From Chthoniobacteraceae bacterium (GTDB lineage: Bacteria; Verrucomicrobiota; Verrucomicrobiia; Chthoniobacterales; Chthoniobacteraceae): DNA of 64,000 nucleotides. The notes below the pieces were generated by a model that worked only from the letters and a program-made list of their open reading frames with translations, was not told where the DNA came from and searched no databases. The translations under genes were made by a program, and so were the position numbers. Below are positions 10,058 through 19,490 of the stretch, one piece after another. Position 1 is the first letter of the stretch, and each line of letters starts with the position of its first letter. The stretch covers positions 9,225 through 73,224 of the forward strand of contig JBIKSY010000001.1 of NCBI GenBank assembly GCA_044348365.1, read 5' to 3'.

Positions 10058-10519
10058 TTAAAGCTTGATCCAGAGCAGGTCTGCGAAAACCTGACGGTAC
10101 ATGTCGCGCTTCATAGGCGGGAGCCATTCCAGACTGAAGGTGTCCGGCATGATCCAGCGGTAGTCCTGAAACTCGGGGTTGGGCATGTCCAGCTGGATGG
10201 CGTCCTCTGGACCGTGAAAATGCACCAGAAAGAAGTGCTGGTCCTTGCCCGAGTAGCCTTTGACCACCGCGCCGTCGAAAGTGTAGCGGTAGGGCCCCGC
10301 CTGTGTCCGGACTTCGGTCTGCTCCGGGGTGACGCCGATCTCCTCGTACAACTCCCGGGCCAGGGCGCCTTCCAAGGATTCGCCTGGATCGACCCCGCCC
10401 TGCGGAAACTGCCAGGACCCTTTGCGCCCGAGGCGTTCGCATATGAGAATCCTGCCGTGGGTGTCTCGGAGTACTGCGGCGACGTTGAGTCTGAAACGCT
10501 CTGGGGCTGGGATGGGCAT
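10058..10519 (-). CDS. rppH: NUDIX hydrolase, RppH-like RNA pyrophosphohydrolase
   Basis: Nudix box GGVDPGESLEGALARELYEEIGV and a WQFPQGG motif typical of the RppH group. Confidence 0.75.
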   Translation of the reverse strand: MPIPAPERFRLNVAAVLRDTHGRILICERLGRKGSWQFPQGGVDPGESLEGALARELYEEIGVTPEQTEVRTQAGPYRYTFDGAVVKGYSGKDQHFFLVHFHGPEDAIQLDMPNPEFQDYRWIMPDTFSLEWLPPMKRDMYRQVFADLLWIKL

Positions 10520-10542
10520 GAAGGGGGCGGCTGTGGCGGTGG

Positions 10543-13068
10543 CTAAGATTCAGGCGGGGCGGTAGCCGCGGCGCGGCCCTTGGCTCTGGCGCCCTTGGTG
10601 GCTCCCCCCTTTGCATCCTTCTTAGCAGGCCGGGGCTCAAACTCGAAGCCAACTTTCTCGCCCTCGAGCTTCAGGAATGCCGAAAAGGGGCGTCCCTTTT
10701 TGGAAATGAAGCGCTTGAGCAAATCGGTTTTTCCGGTGGTGCAAAGCTTCACGACCTGTTCAGGCGGGATGGGCTGCTGCAAAATCGTCTTCCCCATGCG
10801 GAAGGTACACGCCTTGGAGGGCACCTGCTCGCAGAAGTAGGCCGCCTCCGTCGCCACCACCTGCCCCTTTTTGCAAACCGGACACTCCGCCAGCCGCTGC
10901 GCGGTCGACAACTCCTCCGCCGAGGGCCCCGAGTCGGTGCTCTCAAAATCAAACCGCTGCTTCCATTCCGAGGCCTCGTCCAGATGCACATGGGCGGTGA
11001 AGGCGCGCCCGAGTTTCGAGCGGAACCCTTCCAAGGGCCCGACCTTTCCGTTGCGCAACAGCGTCTCGATCTCCTCGCGCTCGAGTTCGCGGCCCGCCAT
11101 GGACTTCCAAATCGTGAACTTACAGCCCTCACACTCAAACAGGCGGAAGCTCTCCTTGAAGCCTTCGTGGCCGCACTTCGGACAGGCCACCATCAGCGGC
11201 ACAAACAGGCCGGAAACCTCCTTGCCCATCCCGCCTCGCACCTTTTCCACCAGCTCGCGCGTCAGGTTGCCGATCTGCAGCATGAAGTCCGCGCGCGACA
11301 ACTGGCCGCGCTCCATTTGGCGGAGCCGGAATTCCCAGTCGCCGGTGAGCTCCGGTTTGGTAAGGGATTCCGCGTGCAGGTCGCGCAGCAGCGTGATGAG
11401 TGAAATGCCCTTGGCTGTGGCAAGCAAGTCCCGGCCCTGCCGCAGGATGTAGCCCTCGGTGAGGAGCCCTTCAATGATCTGCGCGCGGGTGGCCGGGGTC
11501 CCGAGGCCGCGCTCGCTCATCGCCTCGCGCAGTTCCTCGTCATCGACAAGCTTGCCGGCGCCTTCCATCGAGGAAAGCAGGGTGGCTTCCGTGAAGCGGG
11601 CGGGCGGCTTGGTTTCGGACTCCTTGCATTCGACGTGCGTGGTCTTGGCGCCCTCTCCGGGCCGCACTGCCACCACCGACTTTTCGGTTTCCTCCTCGCT
11701 TTCCGCCTGCTTGCCGTACACCGCCATCCAGCCCGGATCGACGATCACCTTGCCGTCGGTCTTGAAGGCCTCGCCTTCGACCCGCGTGATGCGCGTGGTC
11801 ACCTCGAACTGGGCCGCCGGAAAAAACACCGCCACAAAGCGTTTTGAAACCAGGTCGAAGATCCGCTGTTCAGGGTCCGTAAGCGTCTTGGGGGCGGTGC
11901 CCGTGGGGACGATGGCAAAGTGATCGCTCACCTTTGCATTGTTAAAAATGCGCTTGTTCGGGCGGACCCAACCGCTGGAAAGGGCGGTGCGCGCGTGGCC
12001 GGCCAGCGTCGGATTGGGAATCGTTTCAAGCACCTCGCGCGCCGTGTTGAGATGGTCCTCCGGCAGGAAGCGGGAGTCGGTACGCGGATAGGTGAGGGCC
12101 TTGTGCTTTTCGTAAAGCGACTGCGCGATCTGGAGGGTCATGCGCGCCGGAAAACCGAAGCGCTGGTTGGCCTCCCTTTGCAGGGTGGTCAGGTCGTAGA
12201 GAAGCGGCGGTGCCTGGCTCGTGGGCTTCTTCTCCTCCTCGATCACCCCGGGCTTGCCCAGACACTTGGCCACGATGGCCTCCGCCTTGGCCTTCTCCCA
12301 GATGCGCTCCGGCTTGTGGTCCTCCTCGGCGCCCTTTTTGGAGAAGGCCTCGTTGAGCCAGCGTCCCCGGTAGGAACCCGCGCTCACGTCGAAATCACCG
12401 AACACTTCAAAGTAGGTCTTGGGCTTGAAGGCCCGGATCCGCTCCTCGCGCTCGACCAGAATCGCCAGCGTCGGGGTCTGGACGCGGCCCGCCGGGGTCT
12501 TGTGGAAGCCGCCGTCGGCGGAGTTGAAGGCCGTCAGGGCGCGGGTGGCGTTGATGCCGACGATCCAGTCCGCCTCGGCGCGGCTGGTGGCGGCGTCGGC
12601 GAGGGGAAGCATTTCCTCGTCGGACCGGAGCCGGTCGAAGGCGGAACGGATGGCCTCGGTGGTCATCGACTGGAGCCAGAGCCTCTTGATAGGCTTCTTG
12701 ACGCCCGAAGCGCGCATGACGTTTCGGAAAATGAGCTCCCCCTCGCGGCCGGCGTCGCACGCATTGACCACGGCGGTAACCTCCTTCTTTTTGAGCAGCC
12801 TTTTGAGGGTTGCCAGCCGGTTGGCGTTCCGTTCGATCGGCACGAGGTCAAATTGCGGGGGGATCGAAGGTAGGTTTTCGATCTTCCACTTGCCGCGGGC
12901 CGGCTCGGAGCCTTCCGGAGGGGCGATTTCAAGGAGGTGGCCCACCGCGGAGGAGATCAGCATCGAGTCGCTCTCGAAGTAGTCGTCCTTGCGCTCAAAC
13001 TTGCCCAAGGCGCGGGCCAGATCCTGCGCGACACTTGGTTTCTCGGCGATAACGAGCGTTTTGGACAT
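10543..13068 (-). CDS. topB: DNA topoisomerase III (type IA) with C-terminal zinc-ribbon repeats
   Basis: TOPRIM N-terminus LVIAEKPSVAQDLARAL. Active-site Tyr context ALTYPRTDSRFL. Cys-rich C-terminal modules (CPKCGHEG...CEGC; CPVCKKGQ...). Confidence 0.85.
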   Translation of the reverse strand: MSKTLVIAEKPSVAQDLARALGKFERKDDYFESDSMLISSAVGHLLEIAPPEGSEPARGKWKIENLPSIPPQFDLVPIERNANRLATLKRLLKKKEVTAVVNACDAGREGELIFRNVMRASGVKKPIKRLWLQSMTTEAIRSAFDRLRSDEEMLPLADAATSRAEADWIVGINATRALTAFNSADGGFHKTPAGRVQTPTLAILVEREERIRAFKPKTYFEVFGDFDVSAGSYRGRWLNEAFSKKGAEEDHKPERIWEKAKAEAIVAKCLGKPGVIEEEKKPTSQAPPLLYDLTTLQREANQRFGFPARMTLQIAQSLYEKHKALTYPRTDSRFLPEDHLNTAREVLETIPNPTLAGHARTALSSGWVRPNKRIFNNAKVSDHFAIVPTGTAPKTLTDPEQRIFDLVSKRFVAVFFPAAQFEVTTRITRVEGEAFKTDGKVIVDPGWMAVYGKQAESEEETEKSVVAVRPGEGAKTTHVECKESETKPPARFTEATLLSSMEGAGKLVDDEELREAMSERGLGTPATRAQIIEGLLTEGYILRQGRDLLATAKGISLITLLRDLHAESLTKPELTGDWEFRLRQMERGQLSRADFMLQIGNLTRELVEKVRGGMGKEVSGLFVPLMVACPKCGHEGFKESFRLFECEGCKFTIWKSMAGRELEREEIETLLRNGKVGPLEGFRSKLGRAFTAHVHLDEASEWKQRFDFESTDSGPSAEELSTAQRLAECPVCKKGQVVATEAAYFCEQVPSKACTFRMGKTILQQPIPPEQVVKLCTTGKTDLLKRFISKKGRPFSAFLKLEGEKVGFEFEPRPAKKDAKGGATKGARAKGRAAATAPPES

Positions 13069-13148
13069 AAAGGGAAAAGGATTCGGAGGGGAACAACCGG
13101 CGGGCAGAGGTCGCCACGAATGGCTGGGTTAGGCAACCTCAAGTTTTA

Positions 13149-15017
13149 TCAATTCGTTGCGGGAGGCTTACGCGCAGTCTGTATTTTGGCCCGGATCGCC
13201 TCCAACGAAGGGTCCAGTTCCAGCGCGGCCTCCCAGGCGTTGAGCGCCTCGTCCACGCGTTCCAGCTTGAGCATCACCTCCCCAAGGTGGTCGTACACCT
13301 CGGCCGCCTCCTCGCGCCGGATCCGTTCCAGCGCACGCCGCAGTTCGCGGGCCGCCCCCGCCAAATCGCCCTTGCGGTAGTACCACCAGCCGAGGCTGTC
13401 CAGATACGCCGGATAGTTCGGTCGCAGCCCCAGCGCCTTGCGGATCAACGTGCCGGCCTCCTCCAGATTCAGGTTCCGGTCCACCCACATGAAACCCAGA
13501 TAGTTGAGCGCTTCGGCGGCGTTTTCAGGATCCAGACTAATGCTCTTTTTGAGCAGTGTGGCCGCCTGTTCCACCAGTCCGGCCCGTTCCGCCGCCGCCC
13601 CGTAGGTCAGATAAAAGGAGGCGTCCAAGGCGTCGGATTTGTTTTTGATAAACTCCTGTTCCGCACTGGCGAAGGCCTCGAGGGCCTCGGCGTGGCGCTT
13701 GGCCTCCCCGAGGGCCACCGCCAGCAGCATCGTGAGGCCGGGAGCGTCCGGAAGCTGGGCCTTGGCTTTGCGCGCGGTTTCCGCCGCATCGTCCGGGCGC
13801 TTGAGCCGGAGCTGGAGCTGGATGAGCCGCACGTGGTCGCCCAGTTTCGAGGCGTCCAGATCCAGCGCCCAGCGGAAGTGCGCCAGGGCGGACACGAGCT
13901 GCCCCTGGGAGAGGTAGAGTTCCCCGAGAAACTCCCGGGCCTCGGCCGACTGGGTGTGTTCCTTGACGACCTCCTCCAGCAGTTCAATGGCGGCGTCGGT
14001 CTGCTCGTTGAGTACCAACGCGCGGGACCATTTGTATCCAATCTGGAGCGAGGTGCCCTTGTTGCCTTCGCGATACAGGGTGTGGGCCCGTTCAAAAAAG
14101 CGGCAGGCCTCGGCGTACTGCTGGGTCAGCGAAAAGTGATCGGCCGCGCGCTCGACACAGCTGAAGTCAGTGGGAAGGAGCTCGAGGGCCTTCTTAAAAA
14201 GGCTGTTGAGCCGGTCGAGCTGGGTTTTTCCGGGCGGTCCGCCCCGCAACATGAGCGCGCTCCGGAACAGGTCGCCGGCACCCAGCCAGAAGGTGGCGTC
14301 CTTTTGGGGGAGCGTCAGGGTTTTACGCAGCGTGTCGTCGATCCGTTGGGTCAGCCGTCCCGCGGCGCAGACATCCACCAGGGTGGCGATGGTGCTCAAT
14401 TCCTCAGGGGCGATGCGGTAGGCGCGCTCGGCATAGGGCAGGGCGTTGTCGGGTTGGCGCAACTGTCCGAGATAGACGCGGGCCAGTTCCACCGCAGGCC
14501 CGGGCTCCCGAGGGGCCGCCTGATGGCTGCTTTTGAGTAGGCGGATCGCCTCCTCCACCTTCTTCTGACGCAGTAGTTCAGCGGCCAGTCGGCTGGCCAG
14601 GCGCGCGTTGGCCGGGTCCAGTTCCAGTGCCCGTAGATAGAGGGGCAGGGCGGTGTCCAGATCCTCGGATTCCTCGAGGAGGGTGGCTAGGGCGAAGCGC
14701 GCGAAGGCCTCGCCCCTGGGATCCTCCTCAGAACTGAGTAACAGGTCGGGAGATGTCTCCGTCAAGGCGGAGGGGTAGGGATCTGCGACGATTCCCGACG
14801 GATTTCCCTCTCCGGGAAGCGGAGTCGGGGGAGGCGAAACCTTCTTGTCCGTCTTTGTCGTGGCTTGCTGGCCCGCTGTAGAAGCTTTGGCTTTGGGCGG
14901 CACAACGGGTTCCGGGGAAGGAACTGCTGCGCATTGTCCCAAACCAATGAGCCACAGCACGCCCGCGAAGGCGGGCTGCAAGAGGGAGTGGACTGTTGCC
15001 AAAGTGGAACGGTCCAT
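13149..15017 (-). CDS. TPR repeat protein, secreted/periplasmic
   Basis: Signal-like N-terminus. Repeated about 34-aa A/L/Y-rich TPR units throughout (e.g. ALPLYLRALELDPANA, AEALNYLGFMWVDRN, ALNAWEAALELDPS). Confidence 0.75.
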   Translation of the reverse strand: MDRSTLATVHSLLQPAFAGVLWLIGLGQCAAVPSPEPVVPPKAKASTAGQQATTKTDKKVSPPPTPLPGEGNPSGIVADPYPSALTETSPDLLLSSEEDPRGEAFARFALATLLEESEDLDTALPLYLRALELDPANARLASRLAAELLRQKKVEEAIRLLKSSHQAAPREPGPAVELARVYLGQLRQPDNALPYAERAYRIAPEELSTIATLVDVCAAGRLTQRIDDTLRKTLTLPQKDATFWLGAGDLFRSALMLRGGPPGKTQLDRLNSLFKKALELLPTDFSCVERAADHFSLTQQYAEACRFFERAHTLYREGNKGTSLQIGYKWSRALVLNEQTDAAIELLEEVVKEHTQSAEAREFLGELYLSQGQLVSALAHFRWALDLDASKLGDHVRLIQLQLRLKRPDDAAETARKAKAQLPDAPGLTMLLAVALGEAKRHAEALEAFASAEQEFIKNKSDALDASFYLTYGAAAERAGLVEQAATLLKKSISLDPENAAEALNYLGFMWVDRNLNLEEAGTLIRKALGLRPNYPAYLDSLGWWYYRKGDLAGAARELRRALERIRREEAAEVYDHLGEVMLKLERVDEALNAWEAALELDPSLEAIRAKIQTARKPPATN

Positions 15018-15057
15018 ACGCCTGAGTGTGAAGCCTGGTCGCTACCGGGCTTTTTGA

Positions 15058-15162
15058 CTAGCTCTTGTAACGCAAGCGCTTCTTGTGGCGGTTTTCTTTC
15101 ATCCGCTTCCGGCGCTTGTGCTTTGCGATTTTCGTTTTACGTCTCTTTTTAAGGGAACCCAT
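15058..15162 (-). CDS. 34-aa highly basic peptide, bS22-like (AURKAIP1/COX24-type) small ribosomal protein candidate
   Basis: Not in the ORF track because it is too short. The minus strand reads ATG...TAG = [34 protein letters not shown]. The MGS-KKRRK...KHK-RK pattern matches the small basic bS22 family as I remember it. Confidence 0.5.
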   Translation of the reverse strand: MGSLKKRRKTKIAKHKRRKRMKENRHKKRLRYKS

Positions 15163-15281
15163 GGGAAGAAATTGGCTGGAGAACTGAGGGGTGGAGAAGC
15201 CAACAGGAAAAGCTGACTAACGCAACCCTATTTTAGTTATGTTTTGTTTTTTGTCTGCCAAACACAGGCTGGCAGAGCCGT

Positions 15282-16163
15282 CTAGTACACCAGTTTGTTG
15301 AGGGGATATTCAATGATCCCCTCCGCCCCCAGCGCCTTGAGCGCGGGGATGATCTCGCGAACCACCTTTTCGGGAATGACCGTTTCCACTGCAATCCAGC
15401 CCTTCTGGGCCAGGTGCGCCACGGTCGGGTTGCGGAGCGCGGGCAGTTCCGCGAGCAGGGCCTCCAGGCGCTCCTCGGGCAGGTTCATCTTCAACCCCAC
15501 GTTGTCACGCGCGGCAAACGCCCCCTCCAGCAACAGCACCAGTCGCTGCAACTTCCCCTTCTTCCACGGATCCTGAAAGGCATTCTTGTTGGCAATAAAC
15601 TGGGGGGAGGACTCGAGGATGGTCTCCAAAATCCGGAGCTTGTTGGCGCGCAACGAAGACCCGGTTTCGGTCACGTCGACGATGGCGTCCACCAGGTCGG
15701 GTACTTTTACCTCGGTGGCGCCCCAGGAGAACTCGATGGTGGCCTCCACCCCGTGGCTTGCCAGAAAACGGCGGGTCAGCTCCACCGCCTCGGTGGCGAT
15801 CACCTTGCCCTTCAAATCCTGTACGGAACGGATGTGCGAATCCTCCGGCACGGCGATGACCCAGCGGGTGGGCTGGGCGCTGGTTTTGGAGAAGGTCATT
15901 TCCGAGAGCACCTCCACATCCGAACCGTTGTTGTACACCCAGTCGCGGCCGGTCAGTCCGCAGTCCAGAAAGCCGTGCTCCACGTACCGGCTGATTTCCT
16001 GGGCGCGTAGCAGGCGGATGACCAGTTCCGGGTCGTCGACGCTGGGTTTATAGGACCGGCTGGCACCGGAGATCGTAAACCCGGCCTTGGCGAAAAGCGC
16101 AAAGGTGGGTTCCTGTAGGGAGCCGGTGGGAAGGCCGATTCGAAGGACTTGGGGTTCACTCAT
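15282..16163 (-). CDS. hisG: ATP phosphoribosyltransferase, long form
   Basis: LRIGLPTGSL N-terminus, RLLRAQEISRYVEHGFLDCGLTGRDW, and a C-terminal regulatory domain. 293 aa. Confidence 0.9.
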   Translation of the reverse strand: MSEPQVLRIGLPTGSLQEPTFALFAKAGFTISGASRSYKPSVDDPELVIRLLRAQEISRYVEHGFLDCGLTGRDWVYNNGSDVEVLSEMTFSKTSAQPTRWVIAVPEDSHIRSVQDLKGKVIATEAVELTRRFLASHGVEATIEFSWGATEVKVPDLVDAIVDVTETGSSLRANKLRILETILESSPQFIANKNAFQDPWKKGKLQRLVLLLEGAFAARDNVGLKMNLPEERLEALLAELPALRNPTVAHLAQKGWIAVETVIPEKVVREIIPALKALGAEGIIEYPLNKLVY

Positions 16164-16227
16164 AAGAAAGAGGGGCGAAGGTTCTAGGCCGGAGGGCCGC
16201 CGGGGCGAGGAAATTTCTCGCTTCTTT

Positions 16228-18117
16228 TTAGGCGCGCCGCCCGAATTTGCGCTCCAACTCGCCGTAGCCCAGCTGGATCATGGTGGGGCGCCCGTGCGGA
16301 CAGCAGTAGGGCAGCTCGCACGCCAGCAGGTCTTCAACCAGCTTGGTCAGTTCCGGTTCGCGCAGCGTGTCGTTGGCTTTCACTGCGTGGCGGCACACGG
16401 TTTTGGCGATCAAATCGTGCCCCAGCCTGAGACGTGCCCCCTGCAGGGTGGTCTCCCGCAGCTCATCGATGATGTCGTGCAGGAGTTGCGCGGGGTCCTC
16501 CGTCTTGATGAAGACAGGCAGCGAGTCGATCTTGAAGGTGCCAGACCCAAATCCCTCCAGAGCGATCCCAGCCCGCTCCAGAAGCTCCATGTTGCGCTCC
16601 ACCCAGTCGGCATCTTTGGGGCCCAGCTGGAGGGTCAGCGGCAGCAACAACCGCTGTGAAGGCACGCCCTGCTGTTCCATCCGGCGCTGCATTTCCTCAA
16701 ACAAAATCCGCTCGTGCGCCGCGTGCTGGTCGACCAGCACCAGACCGGACGCATTTTCCATCAGCACGTAGAGCTTCCCCAGCACCCCGAGAAAGCGGAA
16801 GGTCTCCGGCACCGGGCCGGCCGCGGGAGCCGACTCTACAAGCGCCTCTCGGGGCGTGGCAGGGGCCTCCAAGGCGCCGGATGCTGATACGTCTTCCCGA
16901 GTGCCTGCCCCCCCTACAGCGGGCTGCCGCGGTGGTTCAGCAAGGTTTTCCGCAGGCGGGGGTGTCGGCTTCGGAATCGCCAGCATCGGCCGGGCTGCTT
17001 CAGGCAGGGGCAGCGGGGTTTGCGCGTGTTGTTTTTCAAGGGATCCGTCGCGCCCCGGGGCACCCGGCAGGGGCGAGGCGGGCGGTCCCGGCCGAAAGTC
17101 GGCGCTCCACCGGGTCCGGTCTCCTTCCAAAGCCGCCCGCACCGCCAAAATCACCGCGTGCCTGATCTCGGATGGACTCCGGAAACGCACCTCCCGTTTG
17201 GCGGGGTGGACGTTGACGTCCACAGCCGCCGGGTCCATCTCGACGAAGAGGAAGGTCACCGGATGCTGCCCCTTCATCAGCGCCGTGTGGTACCCTTCCC
17301 GCAGGCCCTGTGAAATTGTAATGTTTTCCACGGCCCGCCCGTTGAGGAAGCAGATCTGCTGCTGTCTTGTCGAACGGCTCACTCCCACGCGCCCAATGTA
17401 GCCGGTGATCCGGATGCCCTCGCAACCGGCGGTGGCCGCCTCGGGGATTTCCAGCAGTTCCCCCGCAAGGGCCGGACCGGAAAGATCGCGGATACGCTCG
17501 AGCAGCGAGGCGGCCGGGGCGAGTTGGAAGGCGAGCCGGTCGTCCTGCAGGTGCACGAAACTAATGGACGGATGGCCCAGCGCCAGGAGTTGGAGTTGGT
17601 GTTCGACGTGGCTCGCCTCCGTCGCCTCCGTGCGCAGAAATTTGCGTCGCGCCGGCAGGTTGTAGAAAAGCGAGCGCACCTCGATCTGCGTGCCGGGGGC
17701 GTCTCCGCCGTCCCGGACGGTTTCCAGCTTCCCCCCCGCGACGAGCACCTCGGTCCCGGCGAGCGCACCGTGCTCGCGGGTGGAAAGCCTGAAGCGCGAC
17801 ACCGAGGCAATACTGGGCAGGGCTTCGCCCCGGAAGCCGAGGGTGTGGATCGCCGCCAGATCCTCGCCCGAACGGATTTTGCTCGTGGCATGTCTTTCCA
17901 AACAGAGCAGCGCGTCGTCCCGGTCCATGCCAACGCCGTTGTCGGTTACCCGGATCAGCGAAATGCCGCCCCGCCGGGTGAGGACCTCGATGCGGGTGGA
18001 GCGGGCGTCGATGGAGTTTTCCACCAACTCCTTGACGACGGCGGCGGGGCGCTCGACCACCTCGCCCGCGGCAACCTGGCTGGCCACCTCCTCTGACAGT
18101 AACCGGATACGGGACAT
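16228..18117 (-). CDS. mutL: DNA mismatch repair protein MutL
   Basis: Start at MSRIRLLSEEVASQVAAGEVVERPAAVVKELVENSIDA (GHKL ATPase motif I). DNGVGM motif. C-terminal dimerization domain with an ...CPHGRP motif. Confidence 0.9.
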   Translation of the reverse strand: MSRIRLLSEEVASQVAAGEVVERPAAVVKELVENSIDARSTRIEVLTRRGGISLIRVTDNGVGMDRDDALLCLERHATSKIRSGEDLAAIHTLGFRGEALPSIASVSRFRLSTREHGALAGTEVLVAGGKLETVRDGGDAPGTQIEVRSLFYNLPARRKFLRTEATEASHVEHQLQLLALGHPSISFVHLQDDRLAFQLAPAASLLERIRDLSGPALAGELLEIPEAATAGCEGIRITGYIGRVGVSRSTRQQQICFLNGRAVENITISQGLREGYHTALMKGQHPVTFLFVEMDPAAVDVNVHPAKREVRFRSPSEIRHAVILAVRAALEGDRTRWSADFRPGPPASPLPGAPGRDGSLEKQHAQTPLPLPEAARPMLAIPKPTPPPAENLAEPPRQPAVGGAGTREDVSASGALEAPATPREALVESAPAAGPVPETFRFLGVLGKLYVLMENASGLVLVDQHAAHERILFEEMQRRMEQQGVPSQRLLLPLTLQLGPKDADWVERNMELLERAGIALEGFGSGTFKIDSLPVFIKTEDPAQLLHDIIDELRETTLQGARLRLGHDLIAKTVCRHAVKANDTLREPELTKLVEDLLACELPYCCPHGRPTMIQLGYGELERKFGRRA

Positions 18118-18207
18118 GCCATCACATTCCCCGCAAACCCCGCCCGGCACAAAGCGCAAATACGCCAAAGTGTCTGCGTGGGGGCGACGCCCCGGGGGCG
18201 GGTGCCC

Positions 18208-18606
18208 CTAAAAAGCCGTTTGAAACAGCGTCTGCCAAGCCCACCAAGCCGCCGCAAACAACCCCATGACCAGCAGGAAGAACACCCACTTCCCCTCTTT
18301 CCTGTCCCTCCGCCGTGCCCGCGGGGCCACCACCGCGTCCGCCTCCAAATAACGGGAGTCGGGCAAACGGACGTTTCCACGCGCTCCCGGGTTGACCGCG
18401 TTGGAAAGATAAGCCTCCCGCTGTTCCTTCTGCCTCTCCGCAGCGATTTGGGGTGCGGTCTCTATGAACCGCTTGGTGCGCTCCGTGTCGGCTTTGAGTT
18501 TCGATTCCTGCTCCGAAATCTCACGCCGCCGCTTTTCGAACGGCGTTTCCTGCCGGGCTCCCTTGGCCTTTGACTGGCTTGCAGGCTTGCTGGAACGGAA
18601 AATCAT
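18208..18606 (-). CDS. hypothetical tail-anchored membrane protein
   Basis: Charged, lysine/arginine-rich N-terminal part and a single C-terminal TM (WVFFLLVMGLFAAAWWAW). No recognised domain. Confidence 0.4.
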   Translation of the reverse strand: MIFRSSKPASQSKAKGARQETPFEKRRREISEQESKLKADTERTKRFIETAPQIAAERQKEQREAYLSNAVNPGARGNVRLPDSRYLEADAVVAPRARRRDRKEGKWVFFLLVMGLFAAAWWAWQTLFQTAF

Positions 18607-18711
18607 AGCTCTGTAAAACGGGCGGTGTCGTTTGAAGTCTGGTCGGAATCAGGGGCGCAGCGGGAGGAGACGAAAACCCGGGCGTGGAAAATTCGGAGTT
18701 CGGTCGGCCGC

Positions 18712-19332
18712 TCAGCGTGCCGTGCCCGAAATGAGGGCGATAAAAATCAGCACCCCGACCAAAGCCAGAGGCAGCGTGAAGGCCAAACCGGCCTTCAGCC
18801 AGTACACAAAGTCCTTCTCGCCCGCCTCGGATCCATACTGCGCAGGGTAGCCGGCTTCGATCCCTGAATCCGAGTGGTCTGTGTCCTGGGCGCCGATTCG
18901 GGGGATCGTCTTGTTGTAAACGTTCTTCGCATCATCAAGCGCACTCATGGCGCGGGTCAGCTCGTCCCTCACGTCGCTCCCCTCCAGCGCCCGCAGGTCC
19001 AGGCTCTTGAAGTAATCCAGATGGAGGCTAAAATTCTCTCTCGCGCTCCGCAGCATTTCCTCGCGGCGCTGGGTGTCGGATTCCTCCCGCTCGATGTACA
19101 CCAAGGCGCGGGTGAACTTCTCTATCATTTCAGTCCGGCCCATCTGAAGCTGTTCCTGCTTAAGGCTCAGCTCCTCAAGTTCACGCTTCTGCCGTTCAAT
19201 GGAGTCCTGCTGACGCTTCAACGACAGGAGCTGTTCCTGCGCTTTCTGTACCTGGGAATCCAGGTGCTCGGGAGACACGTCGTCTTCCGATAAATCAAAG
19301 GAGTCTTGCGAAGAGCGAGGGCGGTCTACCAT
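18712..19332 (-). CDS. hypothetical coiled-coil protein with C-terminal TM anchor
   Basis: Heptad-rich segment (QVQKAQEQLLSLKRQQDSIERQKRELEELSLKQEQLQ) and a C-terminal TM (LAFTLPLALVGVLIFIALI). Confidence 0.5.
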   Translation of the reverse strand: MVDRPRSSQDSFDLSEDDVSPEHLDSQVQKAQEQLLSLKRQQDSIERQKRELEELSLKQEQLQMGRTEMIEKFTRALVYIEREESDTQRREEMLRSARENFSLHLDYFKSLDLRALEGSDVRDELTRAMSALDDAKNVYNKTIPRIGAQDTDHSDSGIEAGYPAQYGSEAGEKDFVYWLKAGLAFTLPLALVGVLIFIALISGTAR

Positions 19333-19490
19333 GGGTGGAGTGGGTTGAAATCTAATCGCACACGTCCGACGGGTGCGCGAGATTTTTCACTAGAAAGAAT
19401 GCTCCTTTCCCCGGGGTGTCGCTCCCCCAAACCCCGGCACTCCTTTTTTGCCAAACGCCGCCCGAGGCCCCCGCCGGGTCGTACCGCTTG

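Noticed and set aside
15254-15275. Hairpin TCTGCCA-N8-TGGCAGA just downstream of hisG, considered as an intrinsic terminator
   Set aside because: On the hisG (minus) strand the stem is followed by an A-rich run, not a U-tract. The T-run precedes the stem on the plus strand. It is not a canonical terminator in either direction.
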